A stretch of DNA of 64,000 nucleotides, taken from Setoptus koraiensis (taxonomy: Eukaryota > Animalia > Arthropoda). The stretch lies in NCBI GenBank assembly GCA_048013815.1, contig CM106586.1, positions 8,060,001-8,124,000 on the forward strand, read 5' to 3'. Positions 34,920 to 48,900 of the stretch are shown piece after piece. Numbering within the stretch: the stretch's first letter is position 1; the number at the start of each line of letters is the position of its first letter. The position numbers and the translations under genes are program-made. Below the pieces are notes generated by a model. It was not told where the DNA came from. It saw only the letters and a program-made list of their open reading frames with translations, and made no database searches.

Positions 34920-34989
34920 TAGTGTGGCGGCCTTTATTAGAGAATAAAAGCCATGGGTGTAATTAAAAGCCATTCGGGCCGCCACACTA
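34920..34989. mobile_element. 70-bp hAT-like micro-MITE in RasGRF intron 3
   Basis: Perfect 13-bp TIRs TAGTGTGGCGGCC (34920-34932, 34977-34989) flanked by 8-bp direct repeats CTAGCAGA / CCAGCAGA (7/8 match). Confidence 0.7.
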
Positions 34990-35010
34990 CCAGCAGAGTG
35001 TCACACTAAC

Positions 35011-35121
35011 CCGAGATAGTTCCTCCAGCTTCGTTTGCGCCTCGTACAGGCTCTTCCTCTCGACGTGATTGTGCGGGGTATGGGCCAGAATTTCGTGCAA
35101 ACAAATGATGTAGCGGGGTAT
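35011..35121 (-). CDS. RasGRF: RasGRF exon 3 (end of DH domain)
   Basis: CAG acceptor, GTTAGT donor at 35010, phase 0/0. [37 protein letters not shown]. Confidence 0.93.
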
Positions 35122-35287
35122 CTGCGGGGCACATTGCGCAACAATATTGAGTATCGAGTGTTGAGTATTGAGTATTGAGTAATTGTTAATTGGTGATTAG
35201 CGCGCTAATTGTTTGTGATTAACTAGTGATTGTGACTAATTAGTTGTTAGTAATTGGTAATTAGTAATTGTCAGTGTGGATACCTAC

Positions 35288-36607
35288 CTGGTGCATGGGG
35301 TAGGTGAGGAAGGTTTCGAGGGTGCGCCCGCACAACTGGGGCTTGTCCTCTAGTCGCCTCAGTACGAGGCTGAATTTTTCTCGCTGTTTGCATTCGGCCA
35401 GAACCTGCAAACTAAAATGATGATTTCTAACATATTCCTGATATATGGTCAACATGGGCAACAGCATATTGAACAAATCGCCCAGCACCAACGTGGGCCA
35501 CGACTCCATTCGCGCCGTCAAACCCTTGAGAAATATCTGATGCAAAAACATAACAGTCTCACTATTTAAAAAGATACTATTGAGCTCGTCGTGGCTGCAC
35601 GGCGGCTTCTGTGAGCTGGCCAACATTTTAATTGGCCTCAAGAAGGAGCTAATGAGCAATTGTAATTGTTCAACGTATTCCTCTTCGCATTCCACCATAC
35701 GAAAGACGAGATTATTGCGCTTTCGCATGCTCTCGGCATGCGGTGACGCTATGTACTCTGTCACTATTTGCTTCCAGCGCCTCCTACACAACCAACCACG
35801 AAAGAAACTTTGCACCTTTTTGATTTTTTTCAATTCTTCGCTGTCCTCCTCGTTGACCAAACGACAATCGGCCACCAGTAGTCCGTTGTTGATGGCCTCC
35901 ATCACAGTCATAAATGTTGAGTCGCGTCGCCACGACAACGAATCATTATCTAACAATATTACATCGTCTGGCGTTATCATTTGGGGCTGATTAAGCACAC
36001 AATTTGCGTTGCCGTCTTGATGATGCGATCCGGATGTCGATGTGCTGGCCAGACCGCTGGCACTCATGGTGCGCCGCTGATTTATAAGCTGTTGTTCACT
36101 GTTTAGCGACGACTGATCCGAGCCAGCGGATAAATCGCTGCTCGTTTGTTTCATCAGCATAGAGTCACGTCTGTCCTGATTGTTGCTGTTGTTTGGGGCC
36201 CCAGATTGCTGCTGCTGCTGCTGTTGCTGATGAAGTAGCGTGGCCAGATCTTTGCGTTGCTGCAAAATAGCCATAGCGGCCGATTTGGACAGTGCCAAAC
36301 GCAAATTGTTTGATCGAGACTCGGAGCGTTTCAACAGGCACAATTCGTGGCGTAATCGCTTTATTTCTAGCATCAATTCGTCGCATTGCTTCGAGTAATG
36401 CCACTTGGCCGTGGATTCGCTCTCTATTATCTGGCTCAAATGCAAATACTTTTGCTCCAGCTCCTCTTTATCATTGAGCAGGGCACTGTAGCGGGCATTG
36501 TCGATGGCCAGCACCCATGTGTTGCATTCCTCTTCGGTTTCCGCTCGAAATTCATACTTTTTCGAGCCCTGTCGCTTCCATGTGAGCGTGAACACGCAAT
36601 TCGTTTC
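35288..36607 (-). CDS. RasGRF: RasGRF exon 2: end of PH1, coiled coil, IQ motif, DH (RhoGEF) domain
   Basis: CAG acceptor (36610-36608), GTAGGT donor at 35287, phase 0/0. Contains [18 protein letters not shown] (PH1 helix), [16 protein letters not shown] (IQ) and [19 protein letters not shown]...[11 protein letters not shown] (DH). Confidence 0.96.
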
Positions 36608-36851
36608 CTGATGCCAGTGGTAGAGATAATTGATTGTAATATTCCGAAAACACAAATATGAAAGACGGGACGAAAAAAGAAAGTTAGTGCCGGATGATTG
36701 ATTGACTGAACTGTTTTAGTAGAGCGGGATATTTAGTGAATCCTCGGGGGAACAGATTGGCTTCAAAACATATAAATAAATTGATTGTAGTTAACTCTCT
36801 TCTGAATAAATAATTCCATCATTTTGTTCACTGAAAAACGACTCTCTATTA

Positions 36852-36931
36852 GGTTCCGGTTCGGTTTCGGCATTCAGTTCGAAAGAATATTCGGTTCGAA
36901 TAACCGGACCGCTTAACCATTGCCATCTCTA
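36852..36931. mobile_element. Possible hAT-type transposon terminus fragment
   Basis: It ends in CCATTGCCATCTCTA (reverse complement TAGAGATGGCAATGG), preceded by clustered (T)TCGG/AACCG motifs. I found no convincing partner end or TSD. Confidence 0.35.
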
Positions 36932-39416
36932 ATCTGTATCACCTGTATAATACAGGCTGTATCAGCTGTGATCTCTGTGGCAGTTGTTGCAGTGGGCAGC
37001 TTGTTGTAGCTGGCTTGTCGCTGGCCGCCACAAGTCGGCGCACTGCCGCAACTTCCTGACCACCGGCCCCAAATAGCCACGAATAGCCTGCATCTATCTG
37101 GCTTAGCCCGGCCAGCCAGGGCCCCAGTCTAGGCTGGCTAGGCAGTCTAGGCTCGCTGGGCTGGCTAGGCTCGCTGGGCTGGCTAGGCTAGCCCCGATGC
37201 TCTGGCGAATCTTGCCTAAGTGAGATAAATAATAGACGCATACACAGCGAGGCCCTCGTTGGATGCGCCGTGTATATACACGAAACGCATTAGGGCAGTA
37301 AATCAATAGTCAAGCAGTCAGCGTGTCACTATGTATTATTTATCGGGCTGTTGGGGCCCCTAATAAAACGGTGGCGCACAGCCGGCAAGCAGTTACGTGA
37401 GCCTATTTTTTGCACTGTTGTGTTTGCGAGAGGGCCACAACAATGCAGCAGCGCCAGCCCCCGAGCGAAACTAATCTCATTTCCGTTTATTCCGTTAGCC
37501 CGCCGTTGCATTGTGCCCGCCCGGCCCGGCCCGGCAGTCTGGCAATTGCGTCACATGGTTGCTGGCTCGTCGGCGCCGCCGCTAGTGTTGCTGATTGAGA
37601 TAAGCAGCCAGCTAAAAAGACTTCGCGTGGCGTTCTTTTCTTCGCGTGCCTCGCCGGCTCGCCAGTTAAATCTCTTGTTTCGCCCCTTGAGTGTCTAGGG
37701 GCGAAACAACAAAGTAGTAATAATATTCTCGGCGCCACGTAAAATGGCAGCTGGCCAATTGGCAATTGCCATTTTATATGGCAGCTCGCTCGGCACAGCG
37801 ATTAACGGTTACAAGTTGCAAGTTATTGAGGTTTTGCTCGCTTTGGGGCCCCGACGAGAGCCGCTGATCTGGGGCTTTTGCTTTTAGGTGAGCCGCTTTT
37901 GCGTAATATTAATTTTGTCGCCGGCTCAATCGTTTATGCGGTCGGTCGGTCGGTCGGTCGTTATCACTGTGCTCGCTTCACAATTTTCAGTGCACTGTGC
38001 ACAATTGTCGGTGCACAATTGTCAATCGGGGCCCCGCGCACGCACAAATAATGAGCCGGTTACATTATGCAATCGGTGTGCAATTTGCGTTTTGCAAAGG
38101 TTACAAACTTTGTGATACAAAGGTGAGCGGGGGGCCAAGCGAGGGTGAACGAACCAGTACGACGGCAGCCGGCGCGACTTTGCTAATGGGAGCCGGAAAA
38201 GCCAATGTAGCCAGGTAAGCTAAAAAGTGCGCCGCTGCCGATGGAGCGGATATATTTTTTATTTTTCTATCATCATTATTTGTTCGGTCTGACAAGTAGA
38301 CAAATAGCGAGCTAGCTGACTCGACCGAATCAACATAACTCATTGAGTGCGGGGCGCATAAAAACGACACACCTGACTTAGCTGCTGATCTTTGCACGCG
38401 CTGCCTGATCGCCTCGGCGTTGTCTTGGCGCGCGTTGTCTTAGCGAGACCTATAAAGACAAATTGTTCCCCTCCGACGGCGGCAACAACGACAGCGACAA
38501 CAACGACAACGGCAACAGCCACGGCGCAACAACAACAGCGGCAGCGGCAACGACAACGGCAACAACGACAGCGACGACAACGACAGCGACGACACAATTG
38601 GCCGGGCCCCAACCCGCAACTTTTGTTGTGTCGCTGTTGCAGCCATGCCTGGCCGGTCCATTGTTGTGGCTGTTGGCTCCATGCTCTCACACTGTCGGCC
38701 AGACAAAGTGCCGCTGACGGGCCCCAAAGTCGCGGGCCCCAACGCCGGCCAGACACACACACACAGACCGACTTGGGACGATTGTAAAATGTATAAAAAT
38801 ACGCAACGTATGAAAATTGGGGCCGGCCAGTCGCTGTGTGCGGCGCACAGACTGACTTTGTCCCAGCGGCCCCAACGTCAGTCTGGCTCCGGGGGCCCCA
38901 AAGTCAGTCCGGCGGGACGCGCGTGTCACGTCTTGGCGTCACAAATTGGCCCTGGCGAGACGCCGGCCGAGCCGTGCTGATTTGTCTTGTCACCGTCGCT
39001 GGCACAGCCGCCGGCTTTGCATGCCGTCGTAGCGACGACATTGCACGCTGAATCTGAATTGTGCGCGCTCACAATTCAGATTCAGCGTGCAAGGGGCCCC
39101 AGTTAAAACAACACCAACAACAATGGCCGCCGACGGGCGACCACAGCGACCACTGGCGACAAGTGGGCACAAGTGGCTGCCGCTCTCCAGCTACCGGTGC
39201 CGGCCAGCGGCCACTCGGCCAACGGTAGCCGAGCCACTAAGTTATGTCATGTCATGTGTGTGTGTGTGTGTGTGTTATGTAACAACAGCTAACAAGTTTG
39301 CAACAAAGCCATTATAAGCGATTAGGGGCAGAGGGGCATCGCGCCGGGCTCACGGTGCACGGCGCGCCCCCTCATTGAGTATCCGTGGCGCGGACACTTG
39401 AACAATTTTGGCACGG

Positions 39417-39468
39417 GCACGAGTTACGCGAGCACGAGTTACGCGAGCACGAGTAGCGCGAGCACGAG
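39417..39468. repeat. 15-bp minisatellite x~3.5 (GCACGAGTTACGCGA)
   Basis: Tandem units read directly. Confidence 0.8.
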
Positions 39469-40752
39469 ATGACAAAACGACACGCACTACATTTGTTGCA
39501 TAATATCTACTTGTCCGGGCAGTAACAGTAAATTATTGGCGCTAGTTAGACTGTAACTGCTAGAGCCAGCCAAGCGACTGGGGCCCCGCGCTATTATTAT
39601 ATTATCAGGCAGCCGGCTCGCCAGAGCGTCTCATCATAAATAAGCGCGACATGCGACCTAGCGACGCCGGCAGCAACTAACTTGTGAGCGGCTCACAGTG
39701 AGCGGCTCGTATGCAAATGGGGCCCCACTGTCAGTCAGCCTAAGTCAGTGAGCCAATGTCAGCCCGGCCAATGGCGACAACGACGACGACCAAATTGAAA
39801 TAAGCAAGCCGAGCGCTCATTAGTGGCGCCACCGGCGCCCAGGTGAGACACTGGCACGAGATGGGTGCGTGGCAGCTTGTCGCCGCCGCCGCCGCCGCCG
39901 CTGTAATGCAATTACTTAAATCAATTGATACATATGCGCACTGGCGCTATTATTGCCATTACCGTTGCCGCTATTACCAACGGCGGTGGCGCTATTACCG
40001 CCACTGCAACTATTATTATTTTTACTATTATGCAAACATCAGCTGGCTGGCTGGCAAGAATCACAGAGGAGAAAAATTGTTGGCAAGGCACTGGCTGGCA
40101 CGCGCAAACCAGGCAGCTAACGCGCGCAAACCACGGAGCTAGCACGCGCAAAACGTCGAGCCGGCGGCACGAGATGCGCCTGCTGCCGCTGACCATTGTG
40201 CGCACTAGCGGATACAATGGAAATTAGTAATTGAATTACAGCGCCAGACCTGTCTGAATTTTGGCTTGGCCTCGCGCCATCGCAAAGGCACCCCGTCGAA
40301 CAGGTTGCAGCTTCTCGCTGGCGCAGCGCCCGTTCGACTGGGGCCCGGCGATTGGCAGCCGACAGTTGACTCGGCGGGGCCCGGCAAATATTCATCGCTT
40401 GCCTGATGGAGATTCGCGGCGAAATTCGTTTCGCGTTCGAGGGGCCCCAAATCGAGCGCACTGTCGGTCGACAGTTGCGAATCGAGTGGCTTCGATTCGG
40501 GGGGCGCTGGCGAATTAGCGCGTGGGGTCTCAATGACAACCAGAATGACAGGCCGAGAGAAGGAGTCGCGGCTCGAGTTGTGTCGATCTGTCTCCATTTG
40601 AGCCGCTGACACAAATTGCGCCGAATGATTATTGCATGACTACGGCGGCTGCCATTGTTGCCATTGTGCCATGCGGCGAGCAAGCTGGCCCGTCGCCATT
40701 GAGCGACGGGCCCCATTATTATTGCCGCTATTATTGTTATCAATTTGAATAG

Positions 40753-40783
<31 letters not shown>

Positions 40784-43700
40784 CTGTGTGCGCTATTCAA
40801 AATACACGCCGTAATATATTATATAACATATATTATATAATGGCGTCACCGGAATCGGGTGCACAGGTGAATAGCTGCGCTGCCGTAGAGTGCGCGCTGC
40901 ACGGGCCCCACTGTGGCGGCTTAGTGTGGCCGCCACACTGGCACAATGCCACACACTGTCTACTGTAGAGTGTGGGGCCCGGCTGACATTAGCTCGAACG
41001 CGAGAGTGGAAGCGAAATTGAAAGTGCAAGCCAGACAATAAAATTCGCATTGGCCGTATGGCTTTCGAGCTGTTCTTTTCAATTTGTCGTCGTTGCTGTT
41101 GGCGCTGCTGTTGGTGTCGTTGTTGTTGTCGTTGTTGGTGTCGTTGTTGCCGTTGTTGTTGCTGTTGTTGTAAATTGTGCGCGCTTGCACCAGTTTTGAA
41201 TTGTGACGGGGGGGGGAGGGGGCCCACCAAGAATCGCTTTCGTTGTGTATTGCGCGCGCAAGATACGCGCCCGGTGCAAGAATAGCGAATTTCTCGACAA
41301 GATGATGCAATTTAAGTTTAGTTATAAAGTCGATAAAATGGTGATGACCTGTGTCGAGACATTTAGTTGGCCGATGATCTCTCTCTCTGCTCGCGGGCTC
41401 CATCTATCCAGACGCGGCATGGCAGCGGGGATTATCGAGCCACTATCTGTCTAGCCGGAGTTCCATGCTGCCTCGACAGTCTGTCTCATTTAACGCGAAG
41501 CTGCAGTGCAGTCCAAACAGGAATCCCGCTCACGAGGGAGCCCCAGTTGAGACAGGCACTCAACTAAATCTATTGCGTCATCAAAACAGAAATACAACTT
41601 GTATTACTGTAAGGGGCCAAATTGACAAATAGGCGGCGCCACAGCCGCACCGAGCCGAGCCGATAATTTGGGCCCGATTGTGCGCATTGTCCGGATTGTG
41701 CGCGACCCGACTGTTCGCTCTCTGCGCCCATCCACAAACTCGCTCCAGTCCCAAGAATCTGATTCTTTGGGCCCCCAAGAATCTGATTCTTTTTGCCCCA
41801 AAGAATCAGATCCGAAGCGACGTATCGGGTCCAAAGAATCGCGTCCAAGGGACGGGCCCCAAAGAACGGGTGTCGTTTGGCCCCGAGATAAGATTAACAG
41901 ACGGCGACACTTGCTGTGCCGCTGCAAGTGGCCCCAAATTTGGCTGGCCAACTGTTTGGCTACCGGCGGGCCATTCCGTAACGGTTTGGCGAGCCAGCCA
42001 GAACCGTTACCGTTGCCATAACGACAAATGCTGCGCCTGTTGGAATAACGCGCCTCAAGTACAATAATTTCGTTCGCGTGGCTGGTGGTTGTTCGCGGCC
42101 GGCGCCATGTGCTTGTTGTCCGGCAACAACGGCAACGACAACAACAACAGCAACAACAACAACAGCAGCGACAACAGCAGCAGCGACAGCAACAACAACA
42201 GTGGCATCGGTCAGAGTATGTGCACAATATTGCACAAAACCGCCCGGCCCCCAAAGAACGCGCCAGAAAAAAGAGCGTGCGGGAACGCGCCAGAACGTGC
42301 TTATTGCGCCAGCACAACAACCGTTATTTATCAGATGGGCGCTCTCAGGCCGCCGTTGCTTATCGATTCCTGACATGCTTGTCGGCCTCCGCTGGCCCCC
42401 TGCGAAAATCCTTTCGCTGGCGGCTCAGATGGCCGGCGCGAGGCTCGCAGTGCGCGCCCCACTGTGAGCCGCGTGCCACGAGCTAAATAACAAAATAAGT
42501 CTGATAATTTCTGTCGGCCGGCCGGCGATATCGCCCCGAAATCTGGATAGTCTCCCGCCGCTGTCTGGCCGCTGCACAATCGCGGGCCGGCTGACCAGCG
42601 ATTGACTCGGGCATTGCAAAGTTCCAAGCGGGCCCCGCATTCAAATTGCGCACCACGCCAGTCGCAATTGCGAACAATCGTTGGCCGCTATCGCGCCATG
42701 TCGCTGATTTGCGCGCCCAAAAAAATAACGCCAGCCAATGATCGATTTGCCCTGGCCATAGATGAAGAACGGGGGCCCGGGGCCTCCGTCTCATGTGCGG
42801 TCATTGTCGGCCCAAAATCAAATCTTTTTGGCGGCCGACGCTCGATGCGAGCGCGCCAGCCTAAGTTTGCACCGCGGCCTGGCCTGGCCAGTCTCAGTTG
42901 AGCTTGCGGTGGCCTAATTAGCGCTCGTGTTTGTTTGTTGCACTACGCTGCTGCGAATGGGCCTCTGGCGGGGCCCACCGGCTACCTGTGCGGGCCACCT
43001 GACAGCCGGGATTTCGACAGCTCGCCCGGTGGCAGCCATAAGTCGACAAACATGTGTGCTCCAACTCGAGTCTTGACAGGCGCCATGCGGCCCGTCCCGC
43101 CAGTGGCGTGGATCCGAGGGGCCGCGCACCAGAACGAAAGATGCAGTCAGTCTGCTCGGCAACCTTTGCCCGGCCAGCACGCAGCCACTGGCCCCAATTC
43201 ACGATCTTATAAATTATTGACCATCCGGCGTGGGGCCGATTTGGCCGAACTGGGCCCCGCGACGCAAGACGCCGAGAGTTCAGTCAGTTCGGCTTGACGG
43301 CTCGCCCCGCTTGGGCCCCCGCTTTGGGGCTAATCCTTCGGTGGCTCGCTGCAACCGATACATATGCCGATGCTAGCCGAGGTAAACATGAGTTTCCCGA
43401 AATGTCCGCCCAGTGCGGCCCTCACCTGCGTTCTTGGCTGCGCTAATGCGGCCCCCAGTTCGCCGGCCTGTGTCCCACGCAGGCTGTGATGACATCAGCC
43501 GGCCGGGCCGGCTAACGAGCGCCCCAGACGCTGGCTGGCGGCGCAAGGAACGGAAATAAAAACTCTCAATAAGTAATCTGGCGGGCGATTTGCAAATCGG
43601 CCCGGCGCCCAAACTGCAACTTGAGCAAGCGCGTCCCAAGACAGAATTGGCCAATTCGAGCGAGTAAGCTCCCGCAAATGGAGCGAGTAAATTCCCGCCG

Positions 43701-45656
43701 CAAGTCGAGCGAGCGAATTCGCGCAATTCCAGCACAAATACCCCACGCTGGAATCGAGAGGGTCTCTGGCGGAGAGCGCCAGCAGTTCGGCGCATCGAAG
43801 GGCGGCCCTCGGGCCCAGCAACTTTCTGGCAGAGGGGGTGGGCCGGGGTTTTTGTCGGCGATCGGGCCGCCGTGAGACCCGAGCGCCCATTTCAGCGGCG
43901 CCGCTTGCGCCGCAAACCCCGGGCAAAATTTTGATCAGCGGTCGGCCGAAGGTTCGGGCTCGGTTTTGGCCGGCCGCTTCCAGTTGCGGGCAGGTAGCTT
44001 TTGGGGCGCCGGGCGCATCAGAGAATCGTCAGAGAGTGGCGCCGTCGACAGCGGACGCTCGTGCACAGATTTGGCCGGCTCGCCGGGAACAATTGCTGAC
44101 GAGGGCGCTGCAAAATTTCCAGGCTGCAAGTGAAAAAAGAGCAAGTGGAAAAGGGGGCCCGCAGCTGGCTGAAAGTTCTGATGACATAATGTTAATTTAT
44201 GACGCATCATGAATCATTCAGCACATCCCCGGTTTGTTGCACGGGCTCGAGCGGTTGTCTGAGACGGCTCGACGGCGGCGGCGGCGACGTTTTATTCAAG
44301 CTGCTTCAGTTGGGGCGCCCGCTTATGGGGGCACCTTCGCGGGCGCCCCAACTGGCGGCGCTGCGACTCGCAAGACTGGCTGGCGGTCTTGCCGACGACG
44401 CCGGCACACAAAGGCCCAAATACGGCGACTGGCAGCGTTAAATAGGCACAACTACGCGAATCGAGCCGAGCCGCGCCGTCTGAGCCGCTCGCGGCCCGTT
44501 CAACGGGGCCCCACTCACCTAAATTCAACTCAACTGAATTCAGCTCAACTGGGGCCAGCACACACTAGGGCTTCTCTCGGGTGACTTTGCTTTGATTTGG
44601 TGCGCGCCGGATCGCGGCGAGAGTTTATTGTGTGTGTGTGCTCGCAACTACCATTATGTGCGCCGGTAACAGTGTTATGTAATATCCAGCCACTAGATAG
44701 TGCTCGGGCTCGGCGGCTCGGCGGCCCGCGCTGACGGCCATGGCGCAGGTATTATTACTGAACAGTTGGGGCATTAAGGCGACCCATTACGCCGCTAATG
44801 CACACAAGTAGCGCCGGCATCATTAGCGTGTCAGGCAAGATTAGATCTGGTCCGGCCGGGGCCCCATTCTTATCCCCTCATTCTCGTGCCATTCTCTCGC
44901 GTTGGCTTTGTGTGCGCGCCCCATTTGAGTGTGCGGACGCGGGCTTGCGTCGTCGTTTCCGTTTTCGGCGAGGCGGGCTCTTCGCAGAGCGGCCAGGGGT
45001 GCCGAAGCGCGTGCCCATGCCAAACTGACTCGCCGCTGTAGTTATTGCGCTGTTAACTGTGCGCGGTGCATGAGCGGGCCGGCCCGCAGCGCCTGCAAAG
45101 CCAACAATCAGTGACCACAACAGGGCGCAACGTGGCCAATTTTGTGCCGGGCAAAAAATGGGCAATGCGGCCAAATTGCTGCAATTGGTGGCTGGCCCAA
45201 GACCGGAAATTGGCCGTCGCGGCCCGGGCCGGCGTCGAGCGAGCTGGCGAAGGTGAGTCATTGTTTCGCGGCGCGATCCAGCGTTTATTTGCGCGACGCC
45301 AGGGCGATGGCAGGACGACGGCAAGGCGACGGCAAGGCGATGGCAGGACGACAAAAATGAATAATCATGGCGGCGAATATCGGCGATAATCAAAAATGAG
45401 TCATCGCCGGAGGGACGCGAATTCGGGGCCCCGTCCGATCCGCTAAACTGCACGTTCCATCATAGAACTTCTATGGCTTAGAATGGTGGCCGCAATATTT
45501 CATCGGCGATAAGTGCTGTCGGCGTCAGACTGGCGGATCGGGCCGCCCAGACAGCACTTAGCAGTCTTAAGTGTTGCATGAATGTGACAGGGCGCTGTGA
45601 CGCGCAAATAAACAAATGCCAGCCCGACGCTGTTCCGCCGGCTTTGGGTACGGGCA

Positions 45657-45723
45657 CGGGCTTGAGCGTTGGCCGGGTTCGGGCTTGAGCGTTGGCCGGG
45701 TTCGGGCTTGAGCGTTGGCCGGG
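45657..45723. repeat. 23-bp minisatellite x3 (CGGGCTTGAGCGTTGGCCGGGTT)
   Basis: Tandem units read directly. Confidence 0.85.
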
Positions 45724-45861
45724 CCCGGCCGCACACAATCGCCGAGCTGCGCTGGTTGCTGTGCGGCGCGCGGCTCCCGATTAAAGCGCGTACCCGAACC
45801 AATGGAACCAATGGAAACGGCGCGCTCGACACTAATCTGTTTTGCAAGCGCTCTCCGCCGC

Positions 45862-45868
45862 TTATATA

Positions 45869-45912
<44 letters not shown>
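45862..45912. repeat. (AT)n microsatellite
   Basis: Interrupted (TA)n run. Confidence 0.85.
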
Positions 45913-45915
<3 letters not shown>

Positions 45916-48900
45916 AATCCGTTTATATAATTTATAATATACCAACGCGCAATAAGCGACCGAAGCGATGGGAGCGAGGGAGCGGTGCAAGCGATGGGAG
46001 CGATGCTAGCGGTAGAGCCAGTTGAGCGTTTTGCAAGCCGGATAAATTCGGATAAATTGTGCGCAGCATGATTTTTGTGCGATGTTTATGTGCGAGCGGA
46101 TTTATTCGGGTGATATATCGGTAAATGACAACAACAGCAGCGGCAGCAGCAACGCCGGCGACAAAATAATAAAGTTGACACTGTTAGCTGCGCCGCTGCA
46201 TACAATAATACAAAAGTTGGGGCGCGCGAGGCGCCAGCCAACAAATAATCTCATAATATTCATACACAGATATAATATACATAATTAGGCGGGCGCGTTT
46301 GCGAGTCGCGCTCACTTAACCGTTGAACCGTCGTCGCTCGTCGCCACTCGCCACTCGCCACTCGCTACTCGCCACTCGCTAGCCGGGCCACTTGTCGTGT
46401 CGCCCGCCGCAGCCTCGCCGGCGCCTCAAACGGTTTTCTCGAGCGGCTGCTCATTCGATGAGCTTTGCCAGATCGCGCACCGTCGCTGCGGCCCGCAGAT
46501 CCGGCGGCTCGGGCGGGCCCGGCGGCTCGCAGATCCAACAGATCAGCGAGGGGGACCCACCGCTGACTGGCTGGCTGACTGACTGACTGACTGACTGGCT
46601 GGCGGGCGGGCCGGCGGGCTGGCTGACTGGCTGGCGGGCCGGCGCGGTGATGCGAACACGCCGGGCGAAATAAAACACACAGTGGCGCACAAACGAACAA
46701 ACAAAAATGTCAAGCCAACGGTAAATGAAATATGATTAGTTGAACAATAATGACAGGTAACATTTATAACTTGTAACAAGCGGCCGTCAGTGGAGTTTTT
46801 CATTCGGGGGGCCAGCTTGGGGCTATTTATTTATCTGCTATGTATTTATTCGCACTTGTCGCGCACTGGATTGAGTTATTTTATTATTATTCGCTTTGCT
46901 TGGCGGCCGCTGACTTGTCAATTACGGCCAGCCTATGCCGACTGTGAGCGCTCGGTTATGCTTATGCTGACTGGCTCAGTTATTTGCATTGCAATTTGGC
47001 ACCCCCGTGCCCGATGCACGAATACGGGCGCCGACAAACAGATTGAGCGCCTTGCAACCGTGGGGCCCGCTCATTAATCTGTGCTCATCAGTTGATTAGC
47101 CGGAGAGTGGCCAGCGGCAGTCGAGTGTTCGAGTCGCCCCATCGAGCCTGTTATTAACACGCCGGGCCCGCACATCGTAGCCTACAAATTGTAGAATCTG
47201 CACGCCAGACGCGAAAACATCCTGACAGCTGATCACTGTCGGCACTAATGGGCGCCCCTCACGACGGCCGAAATCGACGCCGGCTAATAACGACACAAAC
47301 AAAACGGAAAAGCCAAAAGCTGTGCCCTTGTCGCGACTTGAGAGACCGAGATAATTAAAAATTGACACCCGCCGAAACTCGGCACGCTCGTCTCTCTCGG
47401 GTCGCGACACTCGGAGCCTTCGCCGGGCCGGATCTGTTCAGCTCGTCTAGCTTGGTCGCGCTGACGAGCGCAGGGCCAAATGCTGGCCCCAATTGGTCAC
47501 CTGTGTGGGCCAAGTGATGCCATTATCGCATGAGCAAATGTTTGTTTTCTGCACCGTGCTCTAATTTGCATGCCACCAGCCGGTATATCACCATTCCATC
47601 CAATTAAGCATTCCATTTGGTCCCATTTGCATTGTCAAATATAACGACACATAGCAAGGTCGCTGCTTCTCTCTTGGGCCCGTCGACGGCGCTGATTTAT
47701 CGTGCACTGACTTGGTACGCCAACTCCATCAATAATTGTCACAGTGTCGACTCGACACTGTCGAGCGACTCGACTGAGAATTTCTCAGCAACTCTGACAA
47801 GAGTTCCCTGTCAAAAGTTTCGGCCTGCCAAATCTGATCGGATGGCTGCCGGTGGAAAAGAATTGGCGGCCGCTGGGGCGCGCGGATAATTGCGCCTCCA
47901 ATTGAAGCTTGGCGCTCTTCGGCTTGGGGCCATCTCTGGCTCCAGCTGAGAGATGGCTCCAGTTGAGCGGCATCAACCAGAGTCTGGCTAGAGAATGGGG
48001 ACGAGCAGGCAAGCTCGGCCCAATATTTGTCAACATTTTGGCGAGCAAAACAATGAAACAACATTGATGATTTAAATAATATTGAAATAATATTCAGAAT
48101 TGCAGGCAATCGCATCGTTCTTGTGGCCGGGGCTTCGGGCGCCAGCAGTCGATGGCACTCGCAAGCGATTGTGTCAACAATTATCTGTCGGCCTCGACAT
48201 GCACATTGACTCATTGGGGGCCCCTATTTGGGGCCACATGATTGAGCGCACCATTGGCGGTGTCCGTAGCCGCGAGCTAAGCCTTTCGTGCCGGATGCGA
48301 AACAGGCGCCCACAAATGGCGCTCGTTTTACGACTGTGTCGTAAACCTCATTGTATATCCGTCTAATGGGGCGCCACTGTCAGTGTCGCTGAACTGTGGA
48401 TTGAGTTGAGCGAAATCAGATGCCCCCAAAGTTGCCACGGTGAGGGGGGGGGCCGCGAAGCTCAACTTCAGTTGGGTGAAATTCAGTGAAATTTAGCCAA
48501 AACGCCAGCGTTTCGACATAATGCGGCTGGGGGGCAACTGGGCCGCAATGGTCGCAAAACAGCCAGCTCAGCGTCCCCAATTTTAGCAATCTCAACATAA
48601 TATTTAGTTGGTTGGTTGGTTGGCAATGTTTAGTTTGCGATATCATTCAACCAACGGGCCGCGGCGATACTGGCGGCGCAATTTAGATTTTTGAGATTTT
48701 GTAGTGGCCGAGATTGACATGACGACTCGTGATTCACGAGGCCGCACGGCGTGTGATTCGGTTTGAGCGGCGGCGCGGATAAAATTTGTCGAACGTGGCC
48801 TCTGTGGCAGCCTCGATGCAGCTAGATGAGATGCAGCTATTCTTCTGGGAGAGATTCAAAATGGTTGGTCGAGGCCATCAAAGAGTGTTTTTAACGACGA

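Noticed and set aside
5920-36905. T-loop-like GTTCGA motifs (5927, ~21257, ~36895) as tRNA genes
   Set aside because: No acceptor stem, D-arm or anticodon arm could be folded around them.
47096-47410. 104-aa minus-strand ORF and similar 60-240-aa intronic ORFs (e.g. 19273-19926, 29414-30121, 43373-43795, 48786-49289)
   Set aside because: No recognisable motif, mostly non-ATG starts, and expected by chance in GC-rich, repeat-rich DNA.
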